Part shown: positions 1 through 11,840 of the stretch, piece after piece
Layout: every line of letters begins with the position of its first letter
Numbering within the stretch: the first letter of the stretch is position 1
Assembly (NCBI GenBank): GCA_041394905.1
Contig: JAWKHJ010000018.1
Coordinates: 3,217-67,216, forward strand
DNA length: 64,000 nucleotides
Source of the DNA: Bryobacterales bacterium
GTDB taxonomy: Bacteria > Acidobacteriota > Terriglobia > Bryobacterales > UBA6623
Reading direction: 5' to 3'
Position numbers and translations under genes: made by a program
The notes under the pieces: generated by a model
Database searches by the model: none
The model's input: the letters and a program-made list of their open reading frames with translations, nothing else
Told to the model about the DNA's origin: nothing

Positions 1-296
1 CGCGTGATCTGGCGCTGCTCCTGCAATGGCGCGTCGAAGACCGGCTCAGGCAGCCATTCGCCCGGATAGACCTCGCGTCGCCGTCTGGCGGAGCGCAAGA
101 GGTCGAGCGCGAGACGGCTGACGACGGTCGTAAGCCAAGCCGCTGGTTGCCGCAAGGCGGCGACATCCGCCGACTCGAAGCGCAAGTACGCGTCCTGCAC
201 CACGTCCTGGGCCTCTGCGAGGCTGCCAAGCAAACCATAGGCTATCGAGAGTAGCCGCGAGCGTTCCCGTTCGAAGATCTCGTGAGCTGGAAGCAA
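1..296 (-). CDS. ECF-type RNA polymerase sigma-70 factor, SigJ-like (N-terminal part; gene continues beyond window start)
   Basis: Not in ORF track (TTG start near 296, truncated at window edge). Minus-strand translation [87 protein letters not shown] shows sigma-70 region 2 followed by the xWLPEP segment typical of SigJ-type ECF sigmas. Confidence 0.6.
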   Translation of the reverse strand, partial: MLPAHEIFERERSRLLSIAYGLLGSLAEAQDVVQDAYLRFESADVAALRQPAAWLTTVVSRLALDLLRSARRRREVYPGEWLPEPVFDAPLQEQRQIT

Positions 297-366
297 AACT
301 CACGCTAGCAAAGCGCAACGGCGTTGCGGCCCCGGTCACAAAACAGCGCGCCGTCTCGTCAGGCCA

Positions 367-843
367 ATGGAGGTCCAAAAATTGCAACCGAGAATGGAAT
401 ATCAGAACGCAGGCTTCGCCGGCGGGGCGATGAAGGCCATGATGGGGCTCGAATCCTATGTGCGCCGGTCGGGCCTGGAGCACTCGCTGCTCGAGTTGGT
501 GAAGACGCGGGTTTCGCAGATCAATGGCTGCGCCTACTGCATCGACATGCACACCAAGGACGCTCGCGCCGAAGGCGAGACGGAACAGCGGCTCTACGCA
601 CTGAGCGCCTGGCGGGAGACGCCGTTCTTCAGCGAACGCGAGCGGGTCGCGCTCGAGTGGGCGGAAGAGCTGACGCTGATTGCGGACAACGACGTTTGCG
701 ATGCCTTGTACACGCGCGTGCGGGAGCAGTTCAGCGAGGAGGAACTGCTGAAGCTGACGATGGCGGTGATTGCGATCAACGGGTGGAACCGGCTGGCAAT
801 TCCGTTCCGCAGCGTGCCGGGAAGCTATACCCGAGCGGAGTGA
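367..843 (+). CDS. carboxymuconolactone decarboxylase (AhpD-like) family protein
   Basis: ORF track 158 aa. [13 protein letters not shown] CxxC motif and CMD-family layout. Divergent from the sigma factor gene. Confidence 0.85.
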   Translation: MEVQKLQPRMEYQNAGFAGGAMKAMMGLESYVRRSGLEHSLLELVKTRVSQINGCAYCIDMHTKDARAEGETEQRLYALSAWRETPFFSERERVALEWAEELTLIADNDVCDALYTRVREQFSEEELLKLTMAVIAINGWNRLAIPFRSVPGSYTRAE

Positions 844-887
844 CGCAATGAAGAAGAGCGCGCGTGTACGAGCACGCGCGCTTCCCT

Positions 888-2278
888 TTACAGGTTTTCC
901 AAACGCTGGTCGGTGTCGCCGAAGCGCTCGAGCTCGACGCCCATGCGGTCCATCAGCGAAAGGTAGAGACTGCAGGCGCGGCGACCGTCGGGCTTGTTCT
1001 CGGAGTAGTCGAGCACGCGGCCGGTCTCGATCGTGCCGCCGCCCTTGCCGGCGAGCAGGATGGGCATCTGGTCGGCCCCGTGGGTATCGCCGTCGAACAA
1101 GTTCGACATGCCGATGAGCATCGAGTTGTCGAGCAAGGTCGTGCCTTCGCCTTCGTCGATGTTCTTCATGCGCTCGACGAGATAGGCGTATTGGCGGATG
1201 TGGTACTGGTTGGTGCGCAGGTACATCGCCTCGAGCTTGGGCGCATGGCCGTTGTGCGTGAGGTCGAGGTGCAGAGGCGCCTTCGACGCCCGGGATAAAG
1301 CCGAAGTTCATCTGAGACAAGTCGTTGTTGAGCATCAGCGTGGCGATGCGCGTCTTGTCCATCTGGAAGGCCAGCACGACGAGGTCGAGCATGAGCTTCA
1401 TGTGGGTGGGAATGTCCTGCGGCAGGTCGGTCGCGGGACGCTCCATGTTGGGCTTCTCGAGAGTGGGGCCAGCCTTCGAGGCGCTCTTCCTTGGAGGCGC
1501 GCTCAATGCGCTTCTCGATGTCACGCACCGATTCGAGGTATTCGTCGATCTTGCGGCCATCGTTGCGGCTGACCTTGCCGGAGAGACCGTGAGCCTGCTC
1601 GAGGACAGCGTCGAGGATGCTGCGGTCGAGTTGGCGGCCCTTGCCGTCGCCAACGAGTTGGTCGAAGGCGCGCGCGGGATAGATCTCCTTGGTCGCCGGC
1701 TTGGTGGCCGTGGCCCACGAGATGCACGAGCCGTAAATCATCGAGACGCCGTCTTCCAGGCGTAGCTCGTTGGGCTCGATGCCAAGAACGAGGCTCGGGA
1801 CCCGCGTGCGGTCGCCGATACGCTTGGCCATCACCTGATCCATCGTCTCGCCGCAACGAATGTCCGCCGGGTCGAGGCTGACGGTCGCGCCGGAGAGCAT
1901 GTTCGGCATGCGTCCCAGGTGGGGGCTCGACGAGAGCACGGCCTGCTCGTTGAACAAGCCCTTGATGAAGCACATGTCCGTCTTGAGCTTCTCCATCGGC
2001 GTCAAGCCCGGACCGATCTCCATCGCGGCGCCCTGCCCCTTGGCCCACCAGTGCTCCGGCTCTACGCCGTTGGAGAAGTAGACGAGGCCGAATCGCACCG
2101 GCGGTTTGTTCGGATCGACCTGCGACCCGGCCGTGGCGGCGGCTTGGAGCGGGAAGGACTCGAGCCAGGGGAGGGCGAGCGCCACGCCCGCTCCGCGCAG
2201 GAAGTTGCGGCGGGAGGGCTGCTGGTTTACGTGTTTGTCTCTCATGTCGAACTTCGTCCTTGGATTGTCTGCGCTCAC
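888..2278 (-). pseudogene. DUF1552-family protein with Tat-type signal; reading frame broken twice
   Basis: Three minus-strand pieces join into one DUF1552-like protein. (1) 1166..2278 frame: [10 protein letters not shown] signal through KEERLEGW. (2) Middle piece in the 46..1653 frame: [64 protein letters not shown]. (3) 888..1226 frame: [25 protein letters not shown]...[13 protein letters not shown]. Breaks lie near 1465-1472 and 1273-1282. The GTG start overlaps the upstream stop (GTGA) at 2275-2278. Confidence 0.8.
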
Positions 2279-5200
2279 TCTTCTGCCGCGCCGCCGACGC
2301 CGGTTTGCTGCGCCTCGGGCTGGCTGTCTTCGAGTCCCCTGCGATAACGGAACTGTTTGCTGCTGACGATCTTGGCGACCAAGTCGGCGAACTTGGCGTC
2401 GCCGCCCGCGGCTACGATATCGTCCAGCAGCGGCTTGTCGGAGGCGATCATCGTACGCCCCAGAGCGAAGCCGAGAAGCTTTTTGGAAAACGTATCGAGG
2501 ACCTGCTTGTCTTGGGTCTCGAGGTAGTCGATCAGGCCTTCCATGCCGGCGATCTGCTCGCCGTCGTCAAGCGTGGAATGGTCGTCGATCTCCTGTCCTT
2601 CGGAGTAGGTCTGGCGCCAGCGGCCGATCGAATCGTAGTGCTCGAGCGGGAAGCCCAGCGGGTCGATCCGAAGGTGGCAGCTCGCGCAAGTGGGATTCTT
2701 ACGATGTTCCTCGAGTTGCTGCCGCACGGTCTGTCCGCCGAAAGCTTTGTCGTCGGCCGGCAAAAGCTTCACGTTCGGCGGAGGCGGCGGAGTAGGCCGT
2801 CCGACGACTCGCCGTAGCACCAATCGCCGCGCTTGACGGGGCTGGTGCGCAGCGGCGCGGAGGTGGCGGTGAGCACCGCCCCAAGCCGCAGCATGCCGCC
2901 GCGATGCTCAGCCCTCCACCCGCTCCACTGCACCCGCCGAGACCTTCTCGGGGTCGAGACCGTAGTGCGTGGCGAGCGCCTTGTTGAGGAACGTGTAATC
3001 GGCCGAGAGCATCTCGAGGATGGGCCGGTCGTTCTGAATGATGTACTGGAAGAACGAGACCGCCTCGTCGTACATCGCATTCTTGACGTCGTTGGTGAAC
3101 TCAGGGAAGCGTTTGGCGTCCACGCCGCGGTGCTCGTCAAAACGGTAGAAACCCAGCCACTGGCCAAAGAATTCCGTGGCGATGCGGCGTGCCTTGGGAT
3201 CGGCGAGCATCCGCCGAACCTGCCTGCTCAAGCCGTCCCCGTCGGTCAGCTCGCCCGCGGCGGCGGCGCGGCGCAGCTCGGCGTCGGGCACTGACGACCA
3301 CAGGAAGAAGCTCAACCGGCTTGCGAGCTCCCAATTGTCGAGCGGCGCCATGCCGCTGACTTCGGTCGGCTGTTCGAGGCGATAGAGGAAATCCGGCGCC
3401 ACGAGGATACGCGCGATCAATGTGCGCATGGCGCGGCGGTGGTCGAGCTCGAAGTTGTCGCGAGAGCGGGCGTAGAAGGCGCGAAGCTCTTGCTTCTCCG
3501 TCTCCTTGAGCGGGCGCCGCCAGGCGCGTGCGGCAAACTCGAGGGCTTGCTCGATGTGCCCGGGCTCGGCCGCCTTTTGCACTGCCTGGACCTCGTTGTA
3601 CTCCTGCTTGAGCCACTCGACGTACTGGCGAGGCTCAGCGGGCATTGCGGCGATGTCTGCGTCGGTCAGCTCGGCGATGCCCTTACCGTCGAGCTTCAAG
3701 CTGTACTTGTCTTCGAGGAAGTCGAGCCAAGCGTCGTGGAACTCGAACGAGGCCTTGAGGTCGTACCATGCGTTGTCGAGCCGCTCGCGCGTCTCGTCGT
3801 CAATCATGTTGGCGACGAAGAACTTGTCGTCGCGGTAGTACTTCACACGCTGGTGGAAGCGGTTGCGCTCAGGCTGATCGTAGGTGTTGTTCCAGGGGGC
3901 CGGGATGGGGTCGCGATCTGACGGAGTGGGCTCGCCGTGCGTGGTCTGGGGGAAACGCGCGGCGTAAGCCAACACGTCCTTTTTCCACTCGCGGAAGGCG
4001 GGCGTCGAGTCATCGCCGAGCAGCGCCCAGGCTGGACGGCCGCTGCCCTCGGCGTTTTCCGAGACGAGCACACGTGTGATCGAGTCGCCGGCGTGCGCCA
4101 TGTCGAGCTCGACCTCGAGGCCCATCGAAAACACGCGGGAATCTTCCGGGATGTTCACCGCGAAGCCGAGCTCGAGCGGACCTTCGGTGACGAATTCGTT
4201 CGGGGCGAGGATCTCGCCGTTGAGCCCGCGTCCGAAGGCGAGCTTGTCGCGCGTGGCCTCATCGAGCATTTCCGCGAGCGGCGTACCTTCTGCGTCGCGG
4301 CTGACGCGAACGTCGCCGGCCTTCCACTTGAGCACCGGTTTCGCCGTAGAGCTGGGGTCGACGGGCGAAACGGAAATGTGGACGGTCGCCTTGCCGCGGT
4401 CCCGGATGCGTTGGACGACGCGCAACTCTTCCTTTTTCTTGACCTCGAGAGCGGCGTCCGTGATGACCAGAGCGCGCTCGTCGCCCGCGCCTCCGGCAGC
4501 GAGCTCGCCTGCGCCGAAAAGCCAACGCGGCCAGTTGATGACGAACTCCTGAATCTCAGTGCAAGCGGCGCGGACGTCCCTTTCCGGCGCACCGGGCGCG
4601 GGCAACGCGGCAAACTTCGCTAGGACCTCGGTGGTCGGGTAGGTCGCGTCGGATGTCTGCAAAACCTTCCAAACGTGGTCGACGAAGCGAGGGTTGAGGT
4701 CTTCCTTGGCGGCGAGCGACGCCAGAGTGACGTCCCCGAGCTTCAGCTCGTCTCGATGGCGATACTGCCAAGCCGCGTAGAAGGCTCTCGCGTACTGCTC
4801 GAGGCCGAACGCGCGTCCGCCCTCCGCCGCGACGGCGCGAAAGCCGTGCTTGCGGTAGATGTCGTGGATGCGATGGATGGCCGAGAGCTCGAAACCGCTC
4901 ATGCCGGGATCGTCGCCGAACTGCAGCGGGCCTGCGCCGATCACGGCGTGGTCGGCTACCGTCTTGGCCGCTTCGAGATAGCGTTGCAGGCTGCCGTCCT
5001 GCATGAACTGCACGTCGCCGAAGTTGGTGAAGCCCTCGCCTCCGACCGAGTCCGGAACGAAGCCGGGGCCGAGGTCGATGTCGGCGCCGGTGAGGTCATG
5101 GATGACGTAAGCGTACTCGCCGCCGGTGAGCCGACGGACCGTCACGCGGCCGGGATCGCCGTCGTGTTTCTGGGCGTAAGCGTCGAGCTCGCCGCGCACC

Positions 5201-5542
5201 CAGGCCGCAGCGTGTCCTCGCTCGGCCGCGCTCGGCTGCGGCATGCCCTTGGGCGGCATGCGGTCGCGCTCGAGCACGTCAATCACCTTCTCCCACTGCC
5301 GAAAGCTCGACCCTACGGACTCTTCCGCTGCCAGCTTGGTGAGGCTCACGCCGGCCTGCGGACCGGAATCGCCATGGCAGGCGTAGCAGTATTGCTGGAA
5401 GGTGGCGGAGACGTTGTCAGGGGCGGGGGCGAGCCGAGGCAACGGAGGCCGCTACGGCGAGGACAAACGCGAGAGGCCGCAAAGAGAGAGACCTCCGCCG
5501 CCGGACGGCTGGGACCGGCGGTTCGACTGGCAGTTCGGGCAT
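2275..5542 (-). pseudogene. large DUF1587/DUF1592/DUF1595/DUF1588/DUF1585-type (planctomycete PSD/PSCyt-like) protein with two CxxCH motifs; reading frame broken about three times
   Basis: Pieces: 2908..5442 (844 aa, CYACH near N-term); a short piece [27 protein letters not shown] in the 2769..3167 frame; and 2275..2823 ([17 protein letters not shown]...CASCHLRIDPLGF). A 41-codon ORF from ATG about 5542 (MPELPVEPPVPAVRRRRSLSLRPLAFVLAVAASVASA) supplies a signal peptide in another frame. Breaks lie near 5425-5445 (C runs), 2905-2912 and 2820-2825 (G run). Confidence 0.75.
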
Positions 5543-5601
5543 ATCGATAACGGGGATTATTTTAAGTGGCGAGACCCTCCCGAGTCTAGCGCACACTTAA
5601 T

Positions 5602-7292
<1,691 letters not shown>

Positions 7293-7338
7293 CAAAAACC
7301 TCAGCGGTAGACGGGGACGCAGCCCCCGACGTTGCCTC

Positions 7339-7344
7339 ATTATA
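7339..7344 (-). promoter_or_regulatory. putative -10 hexamer (TATAAT on minus strand) for htrA
   Basis: Plus-strand cATTATAtc is a perfect TATAAT on the minus strand, about 45 nt upstream of ATG 7292. A GAGG ribosome-binding site lies about 9 nt before that ATG. Confidence 0.3.
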
Positions 7345-7362
7345 TCTGCCCGACATTCGGCG

Positions 7363-8618
7363 CTAGCTCAACTGCAAGGCGGCCAGAGCGAGCACGATGC
7401 GGTGCAAACCAAGCGCGCGGCCTTCGGGATGGTACCACTCAGTGAGCATATGGGCGTCGCCGCCACGGCCTCCTGCACCAATGGCGGCGGCTGGAATGCC
7501 GGCGGCCAAGGGCACGTTGGCGTCGGTCGAAGCGCAGTCGAGCCGCGAGCGGATTCCCAGATGGGCGTCAACGGCGAGCAGGCATTCGGCGAGGCGGTTG
7601 CCGGAGGAGCGCGGGGCGGCGGGGCGGTTGCCGATTTCGCGGATACGGTAGCCGGAGAGGCGATCGACTGAGCGGCGGTTCTCGCGTTCGACGGCCAAGC
7701 GGACGGCTTCCTCCATCGATTGAACAACCTGATCCATGCCGGCGGCGCTGCGTAGGCGAATATCAACCTTGGCGCGGGCGGACGAGGCGATCGAGTTGAT
7801 GCCGGAGCCGCCCTCCACCATGGCGACGGTGAGCGTTGCGCGGGGTGCTCGCGGCAGCTCGATGTCGGCCAGCAGGGCGACGGCGCGCGCCATGGCGTGG
7901 ACGGGGTTAGCGCGCCCGTAGTCATTCCAACTGTGCCCGCCCTTGCCTTCGAGCACGATCTCGAAGCGGCGGCTGCCGAGGGCTTCCACGGTGATGTGCG
8001 CGGTGGAGGCGCCGTCGAGCACAAGGTAGTCTGCGATACGCGGGGCCCACTCCGATTGCCCAACCAGGTGCTTCATGCCGAGCAAGTTGCCCTCGCCTTC
8101 TTCGGCGACATTGGCCACCAGCAACAGATTGCGTCGCGGAGGATCGACCAGAGGTCCGTCGCGCAGCGCGCGCGCAATCGCGACGAGCGCAGCCAAGCCG
8201 GCAGCCGTTGTCCGTAACGCCCGGGCCTTTCAAGCTGCCGTCGGGCTCGACGTAAATGTCACCAGGACGGCGCGGACTGATGGTGGTGTCCATGTGCGCC
8301 GAAACGGCGATGAACGGCAGCGATTCGTCGTAGATGAGAGGGGCGATCAGGTTGCCGGCTTCGTCCACGTTCGAGACGACGCCGACATCGGCGAAAAGCT
8401 CTTGAAGAAACTCCGCGCGCTCCTGCTCGCGGAAGGTGAGGGCCGGGACGCGGCAGATTTCGACATGCCGCTCGTCGATCCATTTGCGCTCTTCGTCGGA
8501 ACGGCCGAACAGCGCGCCGGACGCCTGGTTCGTCGGCCAGGCGGCGGATGCGAGGAAGCCATCCAGAGGCGGATGGGGCTTCGACGCTTAGGAGCCCGGC
8601 TTCGCGGCTGTCAGCCAT
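7363..8618 (-). pseudogene. M20-family metallopeptidase (peptidase T / ArgE-DapE-like); reading frame broken once or twice
   Basis: 7363..8196 frame carries AALVAIARAL...EEGEGNLLGMKHL...GGHSWNDYG...GGSGINSIA. 7922..8368 frame carries ICRVPALTFREQERAEFL...FIAVSAHMDTTISP...GPGVTDNG. The break at about 8199-8204 separates GVTDNG from AAGLAAL. The N-terminus is uncertain: ATG 8618 is in a third frame, with a possible break at the CCCC run near 8575. Confidence 0.75.
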
Positions 8619-8653
8619 GAGGTATCAGTCTATCAGAGGTTTTCCGGTCCAAA

Positions 8654-8683
8654 TTGACGTTCGCGCCGCGCGGCTGATAGCGT
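8654..8683 (+). promoter_or_regulatory. putative sigma-70 promoter for tpx (TTGACG-N18-TAGCGT with upstream TG)
   Basis: TTGACG at 8654-8659, TGaTAGCGT ending at 8683, CCGGAGG ribosome-binding site about 8 nt before ATG 8710. Confidence 0.3.
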
Positions 8684-8709
8684 TGAGAATTCCCCGGAGG
8701 TCAACCGAA

Positions 8710-9216
8710 ATGGCAGAAGCACGTACCGTCAACATGAAAGGAAACGCAATGGCGCTGGAAGGCTCGGCGGTCACGCCCGGAGCCGCAGCGCCCGACTTTA
8801 CACTCGTCGGCATCGACATGAAGCCGGTGAAACTCAGCGACACATCCGGCGTGCGCATCATCAGCGCCGTGCCGTCGCTCGACACGGCGGTTTGCGATAC
8901 CGAGACGCGCCGCTTCAATGAGGAGGCGGCCAAGCTCGACGGCGTGACGATCTACACCGTGAGCCGGGATTTGCCGTTCGCGCAGAAGCGTTGGTGCGGC
9001 GCGGCGGGCATCGACAAGGTCATCACTCTGTCGGACTACCGTGACGGCGCTTTCGGGCGCGACTGGGGCGTGATGCTCGAGCCGTTGCAGATCCATTGCC
9101 GGGCAGTGTTCGTGGTGGATTCGGATGGCAAGGTGACCTACACACAGTACGTACCCGAAGTGACCGAAGAGCCGGACTACGAGGCCGCAATCGCCGCAGC
9201 GAAGGCGGCGAACTAG
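8710..9216 (+). CDS. tpx: thiol peroxidase (atypical 2-Cys peroxiredoxin)
   Basis: C-terminal 169 aa of ORF 8548..9216 starting at MAEARTVNMKGN. PSLDTAVCDTE carries the peroxidatic Cys and FAQKRWCGA the resolving Cys. Confidence 0.9.
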   Translation: MAEARTVNMKGNAMALEGSAVTPGAAAPDFTLVGIDMKPVKLSDTSGVRIISAVPSLDTAVCDTETRRFNEEAAKLDGVTIYTVSRDLPFAQKRWCGAAGIDKVITLSDYRDGAFGRDWGVMLEPLQIHCRAVFVVDSDGKVTYTQYVPEVTEEPDYEAAIAAAKAAN

Positions 9217-9246
9217 CAGCTAGGCTCGCTCGCGGGCCTGTTCTGC

Positions 9247-9275
9247 AAAAGCCGGCCGTCTCCCGGCCGGCTTTT
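9247..9275 (+). terminator. intrinsic terminator-like hairpin after tpx
   Basis: AAAAGCCGGCC-gtctccc-GGCCGGCTTTT: an 11-bp stem followed by a T run, 30 nt after the tpx stop. Confidence 0.6.
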
Positions 9276-9308
9276 GTGCGGCGCCGGCGAATCCGGACGG
9301 GCAGGATC

Positions 9309-10262
9309 ATGACGCCCAACTCAAACTCGAAGCCCTGGCGTGGACGCGAGCTGTTCGAACGCGCCGGTTGGCAATGGTCGCTCGCGCAGGCCGATCTCGA
9401 TGCGGTTCACGCGGGAGAGGGGCTGTCCGACGCGACAGCCGAGGCGCTTCGGGGCGAGCTCGAACATGGAACCGGCGCAGTGCTCCTCGAGCGGCTGCCG
9501 GTGGAGGGCTGGGACCAGGCGACGCGCGAGAAAGCCTTTTGGGCGTTGACGTCGAGTCTTGGGACGCCCGTCTCGCAGAGCGCCGAGGGGCAGCGACTGT
9601 TCCCGGTGCGGGACGCGGGCTATGCACCCAACGATCCGCGCTTTCGCGGACCGATGTCGAGCAAGCGATTGAGCTTCCACACCGACCGCTGCGACGTCAT
9701 CGCGTTTCTGTGCATCCAGCCGGCAGCCGAGGGTGGCGAAACGTTCGTTGCCAACTCGATGGCTCTTTACGAAGAGCTCACGCAGCACGATCCCGAAACA
9801 CTCGACGTATTACGCCGCCCATTCCCCTACTTGCGCCATACCGTCGATCAAGGCAACCAGCGGCCCTATTGCGAGTTGCCTGTATTCTCCGAGCGCGATG
9901 GACGCGTGGGCGCGCATTTCCTGCGCGTGCTCATCGATCGCGCCGACCGTTCCGATCAAGCGCCGAATTTGACCGACGAGCAGCGCAAAGCGCTCGACGC
10001 GCTCGAAGCGTTAGCGGAAAATTCCGCGATGCACGCATCGTTCAGCCTCAAGGCCGGGGATGTGCTGCTGCTCAACAACTGGACGACGTTCCACCGCCGA
10101 AGCGAATTCGTAGACGCCGAGGAGCCTGAGCGCAAACGTCACTTGCTGCGCGTGTGGCTTTCCATGCCGAACAGCCGGCCGATCGATCCGCGGTTTGCGG
10201 ATCATTTTGGGGCGACTGAAGCCGGGGCATTGCGCGGCGGCATGCGACCGCTCGATCCGTAG
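9309..10262 (+). CDS. TauD/TfdA-family Fe(II)/2-oxoglutarate dioxygenase
   Basis: In-frame ATG at 9309 (MTPNSNSKPW) of ORF 9096..10262. Motifs LSFHTDRCD, LLLNNWTTFHRRSEF and KRHLLRVWL match the family. Confidence 0.8.
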   Translation: MTPNSNSKPWRGRELFERAGWQWSLAQADLDAVHAGEGLSDATAEALRGELEHGTGAVLLERLPVEGWDQATREKAFWALTSSLGTPVSQSAEGQRLFPVRDAGYAPNDPRFRGPMSSKRLSFHTDRCDVIAFLCIQPAAEGGETFVANSMALYEELTQHDPETLDVLRRPFPYLRHTVDQGNQRPYCELPVFSERDGRVGAHFLRVLIDRADRSDQAPNLTDEQRKALDALEALAENSAMHASFSLKAGDVLLLNNWTTFHRRSEFVDAEEPERKRHLLRVWLSMPNSRPIDPRFADHFGATEAGALRGGMRPLDP

Positions 10263-10269
10263 ATCAAAG

Positions 10270-11046
10270 CTATTCCAGCTCGCTGCTCCACGGGCCGCGG
10301 GCGAACATGCCCCCATCGACGAAGAGCGTGTGACCAGTGATGTAGTCGGCCTCGTCAAGCGAGAGGTAGCAGACCGCCGAGGCGACGTCTTCCGGCTTGC
10401 CGACGCGCCGCATGGGCGCCATCGGCCCCCAAGTGCCTGCGTAGTCCTCCAGCTCGAGCTTGGTGCGTTCCGTTTCGATGGCGCCCGGAGCGACGCAGTT
10501 GACGGTGATGCCGTAGGGTCCGAGCTCGATGGCTGCGACCTTGGTGAACTGCTCCACGCCGCCGCGGCTGGCCGTGTAGTCGACCAAGCGCGGGAAGCCG
10601 ACTTTGTTCGACCCGGAACCGAGGTTGATCACGCGTCCGCCGCCGTGCTCCTTCATGTGGCGGCCGGCGCGTTGCGTACACAGAAAGACGCCTTTCAGGT
10701 TGGTGCGAATGACCCGGTCCCACTCCTGCTCTTCGAGATCGAGCAGGGGCTTCCACGTCTGGATGCCGGCGTTGTTGACGAGGATGTGCAATCGACCGAA
10801 CGCATGGATGACCGTGCGGAACATCTCGTCGACGTCCTCGGCTGAACCGACATCGCCCATGACGACTACGGCTCGGCGGCCCAGCTCGGCGATCAGGCGT
10901 GCCGTCTCCTGCGCGCCCGATTCATCCTTGAAATCGTTGACGGCGACGTCGCACCCGCGGCGCGCAAGCTCGAGCGCGATGCCGCGGCCGATGCCTTTGG
11001 CTGAGCCGGTAACGAGCGCCGTTTTGCCTGCAAGGGGAAGAGACAC
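10270..11046 (-). CDS. short-chain dehydrogenase/reductase (glucose 1-dehydrogenase / FabG-like) with YxxxR instead of YxxxK
   Basis: GTG start at 11046 (VSLPLAGKTALVTGSAKGIGRGIA Rossmann motif), NNAG, and DYTASRGGVEQFTK. The upstream part of ORF 10270..11151 overlaps hisG and was discarded. Confidence 0.85.
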   Translation of the reverse strand: MSLPLAGKTALVTGSAKGIGRGIALELARRGCDVAVNDFKDESGAQETARLIAELGRRAVVVMGDVGSAEDVDEMFRTVIHAFGRLHILVNNAGIQTWKPLLDLEEQEWDRVIRTNLKGVFLCTQRAGRHMKEHGGGRVINLGSGSNKVGFPRLVDYTASRGGVEQFTKVAAIELGPYGITVNCVAPGAIETERTKLELEDYAGTWGPMAPMRRVGKPEDVASAVCYLSLDEADYITGHTLFVDGGMFARGPWSSELE

Positions 11047-11056
11047 GCGCGCCCCC

Positions 11057-11833
11057 CTAAACGTGGCCGAAGACCGGCTCTTCTTCACGACGCACCGGCG
11101 CACCGAGCGATAAGAGCTCGCGAACGCGCTCGATGATCGGGCGCTTGTCACGGTGCCGCAATGAGCGGCGATTACACAAAAGGCGCGCGGTCGAGTTGGG
11201 CAGCACCTTCTCGATGATCTTCAAGTTGTTCGCGCGCAGCGTCGAGCCCGTCTCGGTGTTGTCGATGATGGCGTCGCCGTCATCCGGCGGTTTGGACTCG
11301 GTCGCGCCGAAGGAATGGAAGATCGCCACGGGGGATGACGAGCGGCGCTCGACGTGCAACCGAGCGTAGGGCGTATAGAGGGACGGCTCGAGATCGGTAT
11401 GGCGCCGGACCAGGTTTTCGGTCAGATTGAGGTACTCGGTCCAGATGCGCAGCGGGCGGGCGCCGGTGGTGTTCGAAAACTTCTGGAACAGGTCCGCCGC
11501 GGAGTCGACTTCCTCCCAGGCGTCCGGCACCGCGAGCACGATGTCGACGCGGCCAATCCCCAGGTCGAGCAAATCCTCGACGTTAGGCTGGCATTCGGTC
11601 TCCTGATACCAGTCGAGACCGGAGATGCCGATGTCGAAGAAGCCCGAGGAGAGCAGATAAGGGATCTCCTGCGGACGCATGATCTTGACTTCGACGCCGT
11701 CGATGCCCAGATCAGGCCGATAGCTGCGCGAGCCGTCGCCGTAGCCCACGGGATCGATCCCGCAGGACTCGAGGAAGGCCCGCATCTTCTTTTCGAGGCT
11801 GCCTTTGGGCAGCGCGAGTCGCACCGTGCTCAT
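11057..11833 (-). CDS. hisG: ATP phosphoribosyltransferase, short-form-like with internal insertion
   Basis: ORF track 258 aa. MSTVRLALPKGSLEKKMRAFLESCGI, DIGISGLDW and DAIIDNTETGSTLRANNLKII match HisG. Confidence 0.85.
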   Translation of the reverse strand: MSTVRLALPKGSLEKKMRAFLESCGIDPVGYGDGSRSYRPDLGIDGVEVKIMRPQEIPYLLSSGFFDIGISGLDWYQETECQPNVEDLLDLGIGRVDIVLAVPDAWEEVDSAADLFQKFSNTTGARPLRIWTEYLNLTENLVRRHTDLEPSLYTPYARLHVERRSSSPVAIFHSFGATESKPPDDGDAIIDNTETGSTLRANNLKIIEKVLPNSTARLLCNRRSLRHRDKRPIIERVRELLSLGAPVRREEEPVFGHV

Positions 11834-11840
11834 TGGAATC

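Noticed and set aside
46-1653. 535-aa minus-strand ORF, plus similar long Arg/Ala/Pro-rich ORFs such as 14267..15715, 19281..20378, 39555..40523, 41992..43488 and 33784..35241.
   Set aside because: These are alternative-frame or antisense ORFs typical of high-GC DNA. They overlap genes with clear family signatures, and their products are low-complexity R/A/P/G strings. Only a short internal stretch of 46..1653 is used, as the middle fragment of the DUF1552 gene.
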